From: Cyanobacteria bacterium REEB446 | GTDB lineage: Bacteria > Cyanobacteriota > Vampirovibrionia > LMEP-6097 | DNA: 64,000 nt | Reading direction: 5' to 3' | Assembly: GCA_018970325.1 (NCBI GenBank) | Contig: JAGWWP010000005.1 | Location: 1,594-65,593 of the forward strand | In this document: positions 37,408 to 48,214 of the stretch, piece after piece | How the letters are laid out: every line of letters begins with the position of its first letter | How positions within the stretch are numbered: position 1 is the first letter of the stretch | Notes under the pieces: model-generated | The model's input: only the letters and a program-made list of their open reading frames with translations | The model's database searches: none | What the model was told of the DNA's origin: nothing | Position numbers and translations under genes: made by a program

Positions 37408-38193
37408 TTATCTCTTAGATATTTTTTGCTTAGCTGCCAAAATCACATCCATAAAATACTTAAGCAAGAAGCTAAGTGAACTAATAGAGTCATCATTAGC
37501 AGGGATAGGAAAATCTATACCAGTAGGATCACCATCTGTATCTACCAAAGAAAGTATAGTAATGTTGCCTTGTTTCTTTGATTCTGTTATAGCTAATGCA
37601 TCTTTCTTCTGATCAAGAACCATAACTACATCTGGCCTACCTTTCATCTTCTTAAGGCCACCTAATGATCTATTGAGTTTAAGAATCTGTCTATTAATAG
37701 ATGCTATTTCCTTTTTCCCAAGACCTTTAAAGCCACCAGTATCTCTAGAGTGCTCAAGCTCTCTAAGAGTGTTTAATCTAGATCTAATTATGTCGAAGTT
37801 AGTAATTAACCCACCTAACCACCTTTGGTTAATGAAAAAGATACCTGCTCTTTCAGCTTCAAGCTTAACTAATTCAGAAGCTTGCTTAGAAGTACCTACC
37901 AATAGAATATTTCTATCAAGCTTAACTTGTTTTTTTAAAAATTCTGCGGCCCTCATCATATTAGAGACCGTTATAGAAACATCAATAACATGCAAGCCAT
38001 TCTTCGCAGAGTGAATGTAGGCATCCATCTTAGGATTTTTCTTACGAGTAGGGTGCCCTAAATGTGAACCAGCTGCTACTAATGCTCTTAGTAATTCTTT
38101 GGCTTCAGCTTTTTTAGCCTCAAGCTTCTCTAATTTTTCAGCTTCTGTTGCTGTATCATTCACGCTATTTGCTTCTTTTATTTCTATTGACAT
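37408..38193 (-). CDS. rpsB: 30S ribosomal protein S2 (with ~35-aa charged N-terminal extension)
   Basis: GSHLGHPTRKKNPKM matches S2 G(V/S)HFGHQTRRWNPKM, plus the rest of the S2 fold. Confidence 0.9.
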   Translation of the reverse strand: MSIEIKEANSVNDTATEAEKLEKLEAKKAEAKELLRALVAAGSHLGHPTRKKNPKMDAYIHSAKNGLHVIDVSITVSNMMRAAEFLKKQVKLDRNILLVGTSKQASELVKLEAERAGIFFINQRWLGGLITNFDIIRSRLNTLRELEHSRDTGGFKGLGKKEIASINRQILKLNRSLGGLKKMKGRPDVVMVLDQKKDALAITESKKQGNITILSLVDTDGDPTGIDFPIPANDDSISSLSFLLKYFMDVILAAKQKISKR

Positions 38194-38311
38194 ATTATTT
38201 TACCATCTACATTATTAGTCCCAAGTCAAGACAATTAAGCAGGCTAATTATTCTAGCAATTAACTTACTAGGTTTGCAATCTTTTGAAAATTCAATGATA
38301 AGATAAAAATC

Positions 38312-38638
38312 ATGGCGACTATTGGTGAAGTTTTCGAGGAAATGCACAAGCATTTCAACCCAGAAGGAGCAGCAGGAATCGCTGCAACTTATCAGTTTAA
38401 TATTTCAGGCCCAGAAGGTGGAACATGGGTTTTTTCAATAAAAGATAAGGAATGTGAATTCAGTTCTACTCCATTATCAAATCCGAGTGTAGAAATAGCG
38501 ATGAGCGATAAAGACTGGATCTCCATTCGTGAAGGCAGACTCAATAGCCAAATGGCTTTTATGCAAGGTAAGCTAAAAGTTAAAGGCGACATGGGGCTTG
38601 CGATGAAACTACAAAACATTTTCCCTATTAAAGCCTAG
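38312..38638 (+). CDS. SCP2 (sterol-carrier-like) domain protein
   Basis: ~108 aa ending MAFMQGKLKVKGDMGLAMKL, the SCP2 C-terminal signature. Confidence 0.55.
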   Translation: MATIGEVFEEMHKHFNPEGAAGIAATYQFNISGPEGGTWVFSIKDKECEFSSTPLSNPSVEIAMSDKDWISIREGRLNSQMAFMQGKLKVKGDMGLAMKLQNIFPIKA

Positions 38639-38650
38639 GAGCAAGAGTCG

Positions 38651-39469
38651 ATGAGACTATTATTAATAGCGGGAACGCATGGAGTAGAACCTCAGAGTTC
38701 TGCTTTTTTAAATAGCCTTCTTACTCAAATTCTATCTATAACTGATGGTGATGGGAATTCAGGAAATGAGTCTCTGCATAGATCTATAGACACTGGTTTT
38801 AATAAAAAATCTATAGGAGTATTCTCACTATCCCAGCTGCTTGGGGTGACTGCACATGAAGCTGAAGATACTGCTATCCAGATTAATGATTTAGAGCTAA
38901 ATGTAAATGAATTTAACAATTTTAAAATCATCGCAATACCTGTATTAAATCCACATGGTTTAAAAAACTTCACTCGCCATAATCATCACGACGTAGATTT
39001 AAATCGTAATATGCCAAGCCAAAACTGGCAGAGTGCAAAGTTTAGAATAGATGGTGAAAAAAATCCCTATTATCCTGGTGATTTTCCAGCAAGTGAAATT
39101 GAAACTCAACTATTAACTAAATTGATAGAGGGACTTGATTTTGATTTAATTATTAGTTTTCATACTAACCATTTCATTCGCTTCCCGAATCCCCCACAAA
39201 TCAACTATGATGGGCTCGGTACTCATAAAGACTTTGCCATAAAACTTGCACTGGATACTGAACTGGAATTCACCGAAGATATCGGCTATCCAACTCCTGG
39301 CTCACTTGGTTCTTACTCTAAAGATAAGGGTCTGGACTGCATTACCATTGAGTTTGATGATAATATTACAGCAGAAGAACTTAATACTAAATACCTTAAA
39401 GCCTTTACCGAAAATATAATTTCACTATTTAAGAATCAATATTCAGATCTTAACGCAAAGACTATATAA
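38651..39469 (+). CDS. M14 / AstE-AspA-family zinc carboxypeptidase-like protein (murein peptide amidase-like)
   Basis: GTHGVEP, HHDVDLNRN and HTNH motifs correspond to zinc ligands in succinylglutamate desuccinylase/aspartoacylase-type enzymes. Confidence 0.5.
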   Translation: MRLLLIAGTHGVEPQSSAFLNSLLTQILSITDGDGNSGNESLHRSIDTGFNKKSIGVFSLSQLLGVTAHEAEDTAIQINDLELNVNEFNNFKIIAIPVLNPHGLKNFTRHNHHDVDLNRNMPSQNWQSAKFRIDGEKNPYYPGDFPASEIETQLLTKLIEGLDFDLIISFHTNHFIRFPNPPQINYDGLGTHKDFAIKLALDTELEFTEDIGYPTPGSLGSYSKDKGLDCITIEFDDNITAEELNTKYLKAFTENIISLFKNQYSDLNAKTI

Positions 39470-39472
39470 GCA

Positions 39473-40687
39473 ATGGACAGGATTTTTCAAGACAAAATCA
39501 ATGATCTTAAAAAACAAAATTTATACAGAGATCAAAATGTAATTAATGAGCGACTTTCAAGACAGAAAGAACTAATAAATTTCTCAAGTAATGACTATCT
39601 TGGGCTTGCTGAATGCTCCATTTCGGAAATATTAAATATCAATGCTACAGATTACTCAGTCAATAATTTAACAGAATTAATGCAAATCCCTTTTGGTAGC
39701 AGTGGTTCAAGGTTGACAACTGGCACGCACCTAGAGCATAAAGAGCTTGAGGACTGCATCTCAAATTGGAAAGCCTGTGAAGACACTATCATTTTCAGTA
39801 GTGGCTATTTAGCAAATCTTGGTGCCTTATCTGCATTAATAGATAAAGAGGATGTCATCTTCATTGATGAACTTGCACACTCGTGCATGTGGGATGCTCT
39901 CAGGATTAACAATGCAAGAAAATATATTTTCGCGCACAATGACGCTCAGGAATTGAGGAGACTTATTCAAAAATATCGCAACCAATATACCAATTCTTTC
40001 ATCATCACAGAGTCCATATTTAGCATGGATGGTGACCTTGCCCCCTTAGATGATTTAAAATCCATCGCTGACGAATATTCATCATTCTTATATATAGATG
40101 AGGCTCACAGTACTGGCATATATGGAGCAACTGGAGCAGGTCTTATCAGTGAATATAAAGAGAAGAATCCCGAGCAAAATTTCAGCAACCTTATTCAAAT
40201 GGGGACACTGTCTAAAGCGATTGGTCTTGAGGGTGGCTATATCTCTGGATCATCTTCACTGATTGACTTCTTACGCAATAAAGCACGAACTTACGTCTAT
40301 TCAACAGCGAGTTCTCCTTTCTTAATGAAAATCGCTCAGCATAATATCCAAAAAATCATTCACGAGAATGATCTTCGCCAAAAGCTTTTCAGTAATATTA
40401 AATATTTAGACTCACTACTCAGTAATCTTAAAACTAAGAATGAAATAGATATTGAACATAAATTTCACTGGACAAATTTCGGCAGTCCAATATTCACCAT
40501 ACAATTTCAAGAGATAGATAAGTGCCTCACTGTTAGTAACAAGCTTTTAGAAAAAGGTTTTATCTGTACAAGCATCAGACCACCTACTGTAAAAATCGCC
40601 CGATTGCGAATATGTGTCAGCAGCAAACACAGTCATGATCAGATTCTCAGCTTTTATACAGCTTTGTCAATAGCTCTAGCAGCATAA
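39473..40687 (+). CDS. bioF: 8-amino-7-oxononanoate synthase-like class-II alpha-oxoamine synthase
   Basis: PLP-dependent fold with DEAHSTG and GTLSKA(I/L)G lysine motifs. Confidence 0.65.
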   Translation: MDRIFQDKINDLKKQNLYRDQNVINERLSRQKELINFSSNDYLGLAECSISEILNINATDYSVNNLTELMQIPFGSSGSRLTTGTHLEHKELEDCISNWKACEDTIIFSSGYLANLGALSALIDKEDVIFIDELAHSCMWDALRINNARKYIFAHNDAQELRRLIQKYRNQYTNSFIITESIFSMDGDLAPLDDLKSIADEYSSFLYIDEAHSTGIYGATGAGLISEYKEKNPEQNFSNLIQMGTLSKAIGLEGGYISGSSSLIDFLRNKARTYVYSTASSPFLMKIAQHNIQKIIHENDLRQKLFSNIKYLDSLLSNLKTKNEIDIEHKFHWTNFGSPIFTIQFQEIDKCLTVSNKLLEKGFICTSIRPPTVKIARLRICVSSKHSHDQILSFYTALSIALAA

Positions 40688-40753
40688 TTTAACTTTTTTT
40701 CTAAAATTTATCTAAGCTACAAATTCAAAATTTTGCTATAAAATATAAATAGA

Positions 40754-41122
40754 ATGAAAGTTAATGCAAGTGCTGAATTGGAAAGGGATTGTATATCTAA
40801 TTTTTCCCTAGACCAATTAGAACGTTTTTTAGCAAACTATAGTGTAACCCTACTAAGCCTGAGATTTACTGGTGATAAGGTCTCTGTAATGTTCAGGGGC
40901 ACTAAAGAGAACCTTAGACTTGCAGTGAAAAGCCTATACCTTAAATCTGGTTCTTCCTTTAAAAAGACTGTGCCAGAGCATATTAAAAACTATTTAGACA
41001 GCATGGCAGATTCCAAATCTTATAAAAAAAATTACGATAAAGTCGCTGGTGACTATATTCGCCACTGTAATTTAAATAATGTAACTCCTCATCCTGAAGT
41101 TGACGAAGGTTTTGTTTACTAA
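40754..41122 (+). CDS. hypothetical protein (122 aa)
   Basis: ORF only. Confidence 0.3.
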   Translation: MKVNASAELERDCISNFSLDQLERFLANYSVTLLSLRFTGDKVSVMFRGTKENLRLAVKSLYLKSGSSFKKTVPEHIKNYLDSMADSKSYKKNYDKVAGDYIRHCNLNNVTPHPEVDEGFVY

Positions 41123-41990
41123 AATAACCAGTGATACTAATCAGTTTATTAAACTCGCCAGATCTCTCTTGGAGAAGAAGAGCCGAGATAAGGAAAATTT
41201 GTTTATAGTTGAAGGTTTTAAGCTAATAGAGGAAGCTCTAGCAGCTGATTTCACCCTTAAATATCTTTATATCCTTGAAGAAGAATCACAGAGTACTATT
41301 GAGCTGAATCTTTCTATTCAAGAAGCTTTTAAAAAAACTGCTGCCAGTAACACCAAGAAAATATTTTTAATTCCAGAGGGGCTAATTAAAAAGATAGCCA
41401 GCACTGAAACACCACAAGAAGCACTGGCTATATTTTCTAAAAAATCGGTTCAGCAACAGTCTTCTATTAATAAAAATGAAGCTGATTTTCCTTTAAGTAA
41501 TCTCTTACCTAATTTAGAGAAAGTTAGCCTATATTGCGAAAACCTTCAAGACCCTGGAAATTTAGGTGGCATTATTAGAACTGCCTTAGCAAGTGACTGT
41601 GAGAATATTTTCTTAGATAACTGTGTGGATATTTATAATCCTAAATTAATTAGAGCAAGTGCTGGAGCTGTTTTCCATGTGAAATTTCATGAAACGAATT
41701 TAGAAGAATTCTTAAAATTAAAAATGAATTTAAATATTCAAGAAAAAATAACTTTAGTTGCGACCTCTCCTAGAGCCAAACATGCCTATTATGATTTCCA
41801 ACCTGAAAGCCATGAGAAAATAATTTTAATGATGGGGAATGAAGGAAAAGGTCTAAGTGGAAAGGCTTTCTCTGCCTGTGATATAACCCTTAGTATTCCG
41901 ATTAGTTCTAAAGTCGAAAGCTTAAATGTACTAGCTGCAAGCACAGTGCTATTATTTCATTTTCAAAGTTTTAATAAAAAAGGCTTATAG
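41100..41990 (+). CDS. SpoU/TrmH-family RNA 2'-O-methyltransferase
   Basis: SPOUT motifs NLQDPGNLGGIIRTA and MGNEGKGLS. Confidence 0.75.
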   Translation: MTKVLFTKITSDTNQFIKLARSLLEKKSRDKENLFIVEGFKLIEEALAADFTLKYLYILEEESQSTIELNLSIQEAFKKTAASNTKKIFLIPEGLIKKIASTETPQEALAIFSKKSVQQQSSINKNEADFPLSNLLPNLEKVSLYCENLQDPGNLGGIIRTALASDCENIFLDNCVDIYNPKLIRASAGAVFHVKFHETNLEEFLKLKMNLNIQEKITLVATSPRAKHAYYDFQPESHEKIILMMGNEGKGLSGKAFSACDITLSIPISSKVESLNVLAASTVLLFHFQSFNKKGL

Positions 41991-42026
41991 ACAAAAGTAG
42001 TGATTTTTAAAATAGAATTTTAAAAC

Positions 42027-42446
42027 ATGGAACAGATAGTAGCTTTAGATATAGGTGAAAAACGTGTAGGCATAGCCACTAGTGATACTCTTGGGCTGGG
42101 CATCAGACCTTATAAAACCGTTCTTAAAGATGAACTTATAAAAACCCTTGAGTCACTAATGAAAGAATATGAAGTTATTAAACTAGTAATCGGTCTTCCT
42201 AAGCACAGAGACGGAAATAAAAGCGAGCAGACTCTTAAAGTAGAAAGCTTTACAGAGCTGATTCGCGAAAAGTTTTCTAATTTAGATATATGCTTTGAAG
42301 ATGAAATACTGACTAGTAGTGCAGCCAAAGAAAGACTTTTAGATATGGGAATTCATATCACTGAAAAAAATAAAGGACTTATAGATATGCATGCTGCTGC
42401 TATTATTCTTGAGCAGTATTTCACTCACCACTCAACTAAGGAGTAA
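42027..42446 (+). CDS. ruvX: YqgF/RuvX Holliday-junction-resolvase-like nuclease (pre-16S rRNA processing)
   Basis: ALDIGEKRVGIA N-terminus, RNase H-like fold. Confidence 0.8.
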   Translation: MEQIVALDIGEKRVGIATSDTLGLGIRPYKTVLKDELIKTLESLMKEYEVIKLVIGLPKHRDGNKSEQTLKVESFTELIREKFSNLDICFEDEILTSSAAKERLLDMGIHITEKNKGLIDMHAAAIILEQYFTHHSTKE

Positions 42447-44385
42447 CTGGTATCTCTGCTGGCACATTAGTACTACTCGAACTGGTATCGGTAACAGAAG
42501 TACCAGGCACAGAGACTGGAGCAGGCGCTGGAACTGGACCCTGGACTGGTTTAGTGTAAACCCCATATTTAGCCCCTAAATCTAAAAGCTTATTAATACT
42601 CTTTTTCGCTTGAGCTTTAGTCTCATCTGTAAGAGGAATAGAATCAAGCTTGGTGTTTACTTTATTAACAGCTTTATCTACGCTCTGTGTAACTGCCTTA
42701 GCTACAGGCTCACGAGTGATTTTTAGTCCTAAATCCTTCGGTAATGCTAAAGGCTGATCACCGATCAACTGGAAATCTTTTACTTTCACTTTAGGTTTTT
42801 TCGATTCACCATGAACATTAAAAGCCATCATAAGCCTCTCTGGCAAAGTTAAATTTAAATCAAAATTTAAAAAGCCTTTAAAACTTGAGCTGCCACTGCC
42901 TTTTAAAGTCGCATATTTACTTTCAGCTAAAAGATTATTCATCTGTATAAGCTTGCTCGCAACAGAGAAGTCAGAGCTAGCAGCAAGGAAATGCCCTTCT
43001 AAAGCTTTATCTATACTAGTAGTATCTATAGGTAAGAATTTAATATATTTATCTTTTTTCTTTTTCAGATCTAATATCACTGGGATATTAATATCAGTGA
43101 ATTTCAGTTTACCATTAGCGATAAGGCTTCTAGACTGCTGCTCTGGAGTTTTACCACTGAAACTAAGTCTATACTGAGGTATCTCAAAAGTCCCTTCTAC
43201 TGGTGCTTTAAACTTCGGATCAAAAGCATGCAGAACTTCATGAATTTTAAGACCACTCAAAGCCCCAGTGGAACTAACTTGCATCGCAAAGCTCACTAAA
43301 TCTATATTAGTATTTAAAGTGAAATTTAAATTACCCGTAGCATTTCTACTTTTATCTACACTCTCGATCTTCATAGAACCCTTACTAACATTGAGCTGTA
43401 GATTAGGATTTTTTATTAAACTCATAGCCGTATTTAAATTTAATAGAGAGCTTATCTTTAAAAGATTTCTTTCAGCTGCACCTATTCTAAAATCATTTAA
43501 AGTAAGAGTGCCAGAGCCATACAGAGTTTTTAAAACATCACCACGTAAACTAGCATTAAGATCTACGTGCTTCTGTGAACCATTAAAAGCAAGCAGCTTA
43601 GCAGAAGTATCCAGCATAGCTTTAGGTAAATCTTTAAGATTAATCTGCGCTCTTAAAGATCCTTTTACTGGAATACTGCTTACATCTAAAGGAATAGTCT
43701 CTAGTGAGCCTTTAAAACTCAGCTTAGAGTCACCCTTATCAAAGAAATTCGTATGAAAATCTATCTCAGAGAGCTTTTCTCTTGGCTTATCACTGATATA
43801 AATATCCTTAATATCTAAATTTAAATTTCTAAATCTAAGTGGAGCTCCTTTATATGGCTCGAAAAGGATATTTGCGTTTTTAATTTTCAGTAGATCTAGG
43901 CTAAGACTCTTAAGACCTTTATCTCCAGTCTTCATCTCTTCGCGCATTAAATCTTCTTCACTAGGTTTTAGTAGTTCCTGTAATTTAGTAAAATCTAAAC
44001 CTTTTAAAGAAACTTCTCTTTTCTGATTCTCGACTAAAGTAAATACTGGTGATTCGACTAGAAGAGCTTCTACTAGCAGCTTTCTTTTCAGTAAAGATTT
44101 TAATTTCGCTTCTATATAAAATTTATCTACAGTTAAAGCTTCACCGATTTTAATATCTTCTATTACTAGACTAGGATTTAGCTTAATAAAACTCAGAAAA
44201 CTGAATCTCACCTGATTAAACTCGACACTCAGACCAGTGTTTTTAACGATCTGCTCTTTTACGATTTTCGCCCAGTTATTTTTAAAATAAAACTCAAAAA
44301 AAGCATAAACCCCAGTCAAGATTAAGGTGAAAACTAATAAGCAGCTTAGAAATATTTTTCCAAAAGAGGCTATGGTTTTGGTCAT
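42436..44385 (-). CDS. AsmA-family outer-membrane biogenesis protein
   Basis: N-terminal TM anchor then a long beta-rich repeated domain. C-terminal Pro/Ala/Ser/Thr-rich tail. Confidence 0.55.
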   Translation of the reverse strand: MTKTIASFGKIFLSCLLVFTLILTGVYAFFEFYFKNNWAKIVKEQIVKNTGLSVEFNQVRFSFLSFIKLNPSLVIEDIKIGEALTVDKFYIEAKLKSLLKRKLLVEALLVESPVFTLVENQKREVSLKGLDFTKLQELLKPSEEDLMREEMKTGDKGLKSLSLDLLKIKNANILFEPYKGAPLRFRNLNLDIKDIYISDKPREKLSEIDFHTNFFDKGDSKLSFKGSLETIPLDVSSIPVKGSLRAQINLKDLPKAMLDTSAKLLAFNGSQKHVDLNASLRGDVLKTLYGSGTLTLNDFRIGAAERNLLKISSLLNLNTAMSLIKNPNLQLNVSKGSMKIESVDKSRNATGNLNFTLNTNIDLVSFAMQVSSTGALSGLKIHEVLHAFDPKFKAPVEGTFEIPQYRLSFSGKTPEQQSRSLIANGKLKFTDINIPVILDLKKKKDKYIKFLPIDTTSIDKALEGHFLAASSDFSVASKLIQMNNLLAESKYATLKGSGSSSFKGFLNFDLNLTLPERLMMAFNVHGESKKPKVKVKDFQLIGDQPLALPKDLGLKITREPVAKAVTQSVDKAVNKVNTKLDSIPLTDETKAQAKKSINKLLDLGAKYGVYTKPVQGPVPAPAPVSVPGTSVTDTSSSSTNVPAEIPVTP

Positions 44386-44411
44386 ATAGAGATTATATCG
44401 TCCAATAAAAG

Positions 44412-44488
44412 TGGTAGCTGGGGGCGGAATCGAACCGCCGACCTGAGGGGTATGAATCCTCTGCTCTAGCCAACTGAGCTACCCAGCC
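44412..44488 (-). tRNA. tRNA with CAT anticodon (Met or lysidine-Ile2), CCA encoded
   Basis: RC GGCTGGGTAGCTCAGTTGGCTAGAGCAGAGGATTCATACCCCTCAGGTCGGCGGTTCGATTCCGCCCCCAGCTACCA. G1-U72 wobble. One A-C mismatch in the anticodon stem. Confidence 0.65.
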
Positions 44489-44583
44489 ACGCGAACTAAG
44501 ATTTTAACACTTTTAAGATATTAGGAACTTATCAGATTTCAGAAAAAAGAATAATTTTTTCTTGGCAGTATATAATTTTCAGA

Positions 44584-45429
44584 ATGGGCTTACCTAATGC
44601 GACTTTTAAAAGTCTTGAGATATCCGCTAAAGGACTTATTAGTAGAGCTGATGTAAAAGCTAAAATTATTAAAAATACTAATAAAGGGATTAGATTTTTT
44701 GTTCAAAGAGATTTAATAAATATCCCTGAACAAGAGTTAATAAATATCCCTGAAGATAGTGCGATACTCGCTCATGTAAATAATATCTCTAGCACGCAGA
44801 GAAACACTGTTCTAAGCAATGGTACGGATTCCATCTGCCTTACTGAGCATTTTCTAGCTGCCTGTGCTCTAGCGAACCTTAATAATATAGATGTTTACCT
44901 AGATAATGAAGAACTGCCTTTCGGGGATGGTTCTGCTAACTTATGGTTAGAGCTTTTTAAAAAACATAATTTAATTCAGACTGTAAAAGAATCACAGATA
45001 AAGCTTAAAGAAGAAATTTACATCGAAGACCCTAATCAAGCACATAAATATATTAAAGCTGTGCCTACAGATGCTAATTTCACTGCGACTTATCAGATGG
45101 ACTGGAATCATCCGAAAATAGGAAAGCAGGCTTACACTTGGGCTTTAGATAAAGATGCGATAGACGAAGCCGCTAACGCTAGAACTTTCAGTACTGAAGC
45201 TGAAAACCAGATGCTCGGCTTAAGCGGCTGGATAGTGGGTATTACTGAAACTGATTTCACTGTGCCTTTAAGATTTCCAGACGAACCTAGTAGGCATAAG
45301 GTTTTAGATCTCATCGGAGATCTTTATCTTTCAAGTATTAATCCACTGAATTTTCAAATGCAGGTAATAAGCAATCAGGGCGGCCATTATCTAAATTCTT
45401 TGCTCGCAAGGGAATTAAGTAAACTGTGA
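44584..45429 (+). CDS. lpxC: UDP-3-O-acyl-N-acetylglucosamine deacetylase
   Basis: LTEHFLAA (cf. EHLLSAL) and HKVLDLIGDL (cf. HKMLDAIGDL) LpxC signature motifs. Carries a 24-bp in-frame tandem duplication at 44713-44760. Confidence 0.8.
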   Translation: MGLPNATFKSLEISAKGLISRADVKAKIIKNTNKGIRFFVQRDLINIPEQELINIPEDSAILAHVNNISSTQRNTVLSNGTDSICLTEHFLAACALANLNNIDVYLDNEELPFGDGSANLWLELFKKHNLIQTVKESQIKLKEEIYIEDPNQAHKYIKAVPTDANFTATYQMDWNHPKIGKQAYTWALDKDAIDEAANARTFSTEAENQMLGLSGWIVGITETDFTVPLRFPDEPSRHKVLDLIGDLYLSSINPLNFQMQVISNQGGHYLNSLLARELSKL

Positions 45430-46256
45430 AAATATTATCAGACCTAAAGTTCAAGACTAGGCAACCGCCTGATAGTAAAAGAAGAATTTTTCTGCTAATT
45501 CTTTTCTGTTTCACTTTTACCATAAGCTCTCTAAATGCCTTACAGGCAGATGATTTCATTATAAAAATCACTGGACCTCATTTAGATAACCTCTCAGCAT
45601 TAAGCATTAAACTTGCTGTAGATCCTAAAAAATACTGTGAGCTTGATAAAGAGATTAATATAAATAGGCAGACTTTCTTTAAGAATGTCGACCCGCAGGG
45701 CTCACTTATTAATGTTTCGTTTAAGACGAGTACAGCTAATCTTCTGAATACTAAAAGCGTCTCTGCTGTAATTAAGGACAGTAATTCAGAAACTATAGAA
45801 ATAAAAGGAAAGCTTAAAAGGCTTAACTATACTGGAAAATTAAGTGCAAAAGTTTTAAGTGCTGAGCTGGTAGCTGATTTCGGTAAAGAGCTGGACAACA
45901 AGCTTATTAGCACTGTGATAAGCATCACCAAAGAAGATGATTTATTACCTTTTTTTGGAATCACGAAAGCCAAAATACTAGGACCTAATCCTAGATTATA
46001 TTCCAAGAAAATGTTTATCAGTATAGGTGATATAGAAACTTATGGTTTTAATTTAGAAAAAAATATCACGAATATGAAAATCAATAATCAGAAAGCGGAT
46101 TTGATTAACAAAAAAATGATAATTGCTAATATCACTCTAGATGAAATACCCGAAAACAGTAAATTGCCTATTATCCTATCTATGATGGTGGCTGGGAAAG
46201 AGGTTAAGAAAAATATTGGGGTTATTGATTTGATAGAATCGGTGGAGTTAAGGTAG
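45426..46256 (+). CDS. hypothetical secreted protein (signal peptide)
   Basis: N-terminal hydrophobic leader (IFLLILFCFTFTISSLNALQA). 4-nt overlap with lpxC. Confidence 0.35.
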   Translation: MKILSDLKFKTRQPPDSKRRIFLLILFCFTFTISSLNALQADDFIIKITGPHLDNLSALSIKLAVDPKKYCELDKEININRQTFFKNVDPQGSLINVSFKTSTANLLNTKSVSAVIKDSNSETIEIKGKLKRLNYTGKLSAKVLSAELVADFGKELDNKLISTVISITKEDDLLPFFGITKAKILGPNPRLYSKKMFISIGDIETYGFNLEKNITNMKINNQKADLINKKMIIANITLDEIPENSKLPIILSMMVAGKEVKKNIGVIDLIESVELR

Positions 46257-46762
46257 GATTGCATCCCAAAGATTCTGGAAGAAAGTTTTATTTGGGTCTA
46301 AGCGACCTAGTTTTTTCTTTTTATAATAAAAGCGAAAGAAAGGATGGATAAGCAAGAAAAGTAGCCATGAAAATGCAATAACCATGGTTGTCACATAATC
46401 TAAATTAGACTCACTCATAAACCTTCTCCTTATTTTCTGAATGGTAGTACCACTCATCTAGAATGTCAATGCTGCGGTAGATGCAAATGATGCCAACTAA
46501 GCTTATGCTAGAAACTATTATGAATTTCAATATACCAATATCTTCAATCCTATAATTAGCATTAGTTAATTCCATAAAAATCATGCTTGCAAAAGAACTT
46601 AATAACCCAAAGCCAATGTATTGAAGAAGATTAGCCCGATGTTTAATAGATTCTGGAAGATCTTTCATTTAAATTAGCTTCGCAAAAATTAGAAAAAATT
46701 TTTAGGGGTCATTTTTCCTCAGAGTTAAAAACTAGAAAATTTTCCAGACTATAATTAGGACT

Positions 46763-47461
46763 ATGGGTGTAAAAACAATATCTTATTTTTTCTCTATTTA
46801 TTTTCAAGACGAATTATCTAATCAAGGTCCTACTTGGAAATCTGAATTTGATATTGCCATTAGGAAAGCTTTAACAAATTTATTTGAAGGGGAGCCAATT
46901 TTGCATCCAGCTCCACCAGCCCTCGGAATTCCAGAAGAAATTATTAATGACATTCCTCTTATTAGCCTAGTGTCTAAAGATAGATTCCACGAATGTAGTG
47001 CTACAAAGAAAAAAATAAATTTTAATTGGACATTGACTAATGATGAACAAAAAGATTTCAATAAACAGAAATCGCATTTCAAAAACTTGTTTGCTTATGC
47101 TAAAAGTTTAGAACTATCAATTCAGCGTATTGCTGTAGTTGCTAATTATTCTACTGATTTAGACAATATCGCAGCCAAACATCTTCAAGGGAAGTTCTTA
47201 AATATAGATCAATCTTTAGATATTCAAGAAGCTACCATACGCTACGTGGAGCTTGTCAATAGAGAAGAACTCAAGATTAATAACATAACGGAATTTTCTG
47301 CAGCTTATAGTATGAAAGAACTTAAGATTAAAAGAGATATTAATACTTATCATTTAACACCTTACAATTTATCTGAAGATAACTTATTTAATATCTTTTC
47401 TGAATTCGTAGATAGAGAATTAACTCAAAGTAAAGTTAAGAGGTTAATTCAAGATGAGTAG
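46763..47461 (+). CDS. hypothetical protein (232 aa)
   Basis: ORF with no recognisable motifs. 8-nt overlap with the next ORF (operon). Confidence 0.3.
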   Translation: MGVKTISYFFSIYFQDELSNQGPTWKSEFDIAIRKALTNLFEGEPILHPAPPALGIPEEIINDIPLISLVSKDRFHECSATKKKINFNWTLTNDEQKDFNKQKSHFKNLFAYAKSLELSIQRIAVVANYSTDLDNIAAKHLQGKFLNIDQSLDIQEATIRYVELVNREELKINNITEFSAAYSMKELKIKRDINTYHLTPYNLSEDNLFNIFSEFVDRELTQSKVKRLIQDE

Positions 47462-48164
47462 CTCTTCCAGTGCTTCAGGTAATTTTGATCAAAATTCACC
47501 AGATCCAGAAAAATTTGCAGTATTACCAGAAGAGATAAAAAAAGGTCTTTCAGAATGGTTCCAAACTGAAGAATTTAAACAATTACCAAAAGAGACAAGA
47601 AATTATTTTTTTAAACGATTCTCGCAAAATGAAAATAAACCACAGCAAAATCTTGAGACACAGACATTCAAAATAGAACAAGATATAAGTGCCTTAAAAG
47701 AAGAGGTTGAAAAATCTAAAAAAACACTTGATGAAAAAATGCAAGAATCTCAAAAAAGACTTGATGAAAAAATTAGAGAATTAGAGCAAAAATTTGAAAA
47801 AACACTTGATAAAAAAATCACAGATCAGCAAACTCAAATTATTGCTCTCTGCGGAATTTTTGTAGCTATCATTGCTTTCGTAACTAATAACGTCACAATT
47901 TTTACTAAAGCAGATAATCTTTATCAAGCATTAGTATTTATGGTTATTTTCTTTATATTAACCGCAGGGATAATTTTAATCAGTTATCAACTATCAAGAC
48001 AAGCAAATAACCAAGTAGATAACAAGGATGTAATCGGAATGCTCATCTTAATCACTGTTATAACCATTTTCTTGATTGTTTTCGCACAGAACTTAGATCA
48101 CATAAAGCTTATATCGAAACAAAAGTTAACTCCACCCCACCTACAACAGATCGTTCTCCAGTAA
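47454..48164 (+). CDS. hypothetical coiled-coil protein with three C-terminal TM helices
   Basis: Ser-rich N-terminus, K/E-rich coiled coil (KTLDEKMQESQKRLDEKIRELEQKFEKTLDKK), then hydrophobic helices. Confidence 0.3.
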   Translation: MSSSSSASGNFDQNSPDPEKFAVLPEEIKKGLSEWFQTEEFKQLPKETRNYFFKRFSQNENKPQQNLETQTFKIEQDISALKEEVEKSKKTLDEKMQESQKRLDEKIRELEQKFEKTLDKKITDQQTQIIALCGIFVAIIAFVTNNVTIFTKADNLYQALVFMVIFFILTAGIILISYQLSRQANNQVDNKDVIGMLILITVITIFLIVFAQNLDHIKLISKQKLTPPHLQQIVLQ

Positions 48165-48214
48165 ATGAACATAAAAAATTACAGCTGAAAGGAAATTGAA
48201 AATATATTGGCGAA

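Noticed and set aside
37128-38014. + strand ORFs antisense to tsf and rpsB
   Set aside because: They overlap highly conserved ribosomal/translation genes on the other strand.
42953-43756. + strand ORFs 42953-43177 and 43268-43756
   Set aside because: Antisense within the asmA-like gene.
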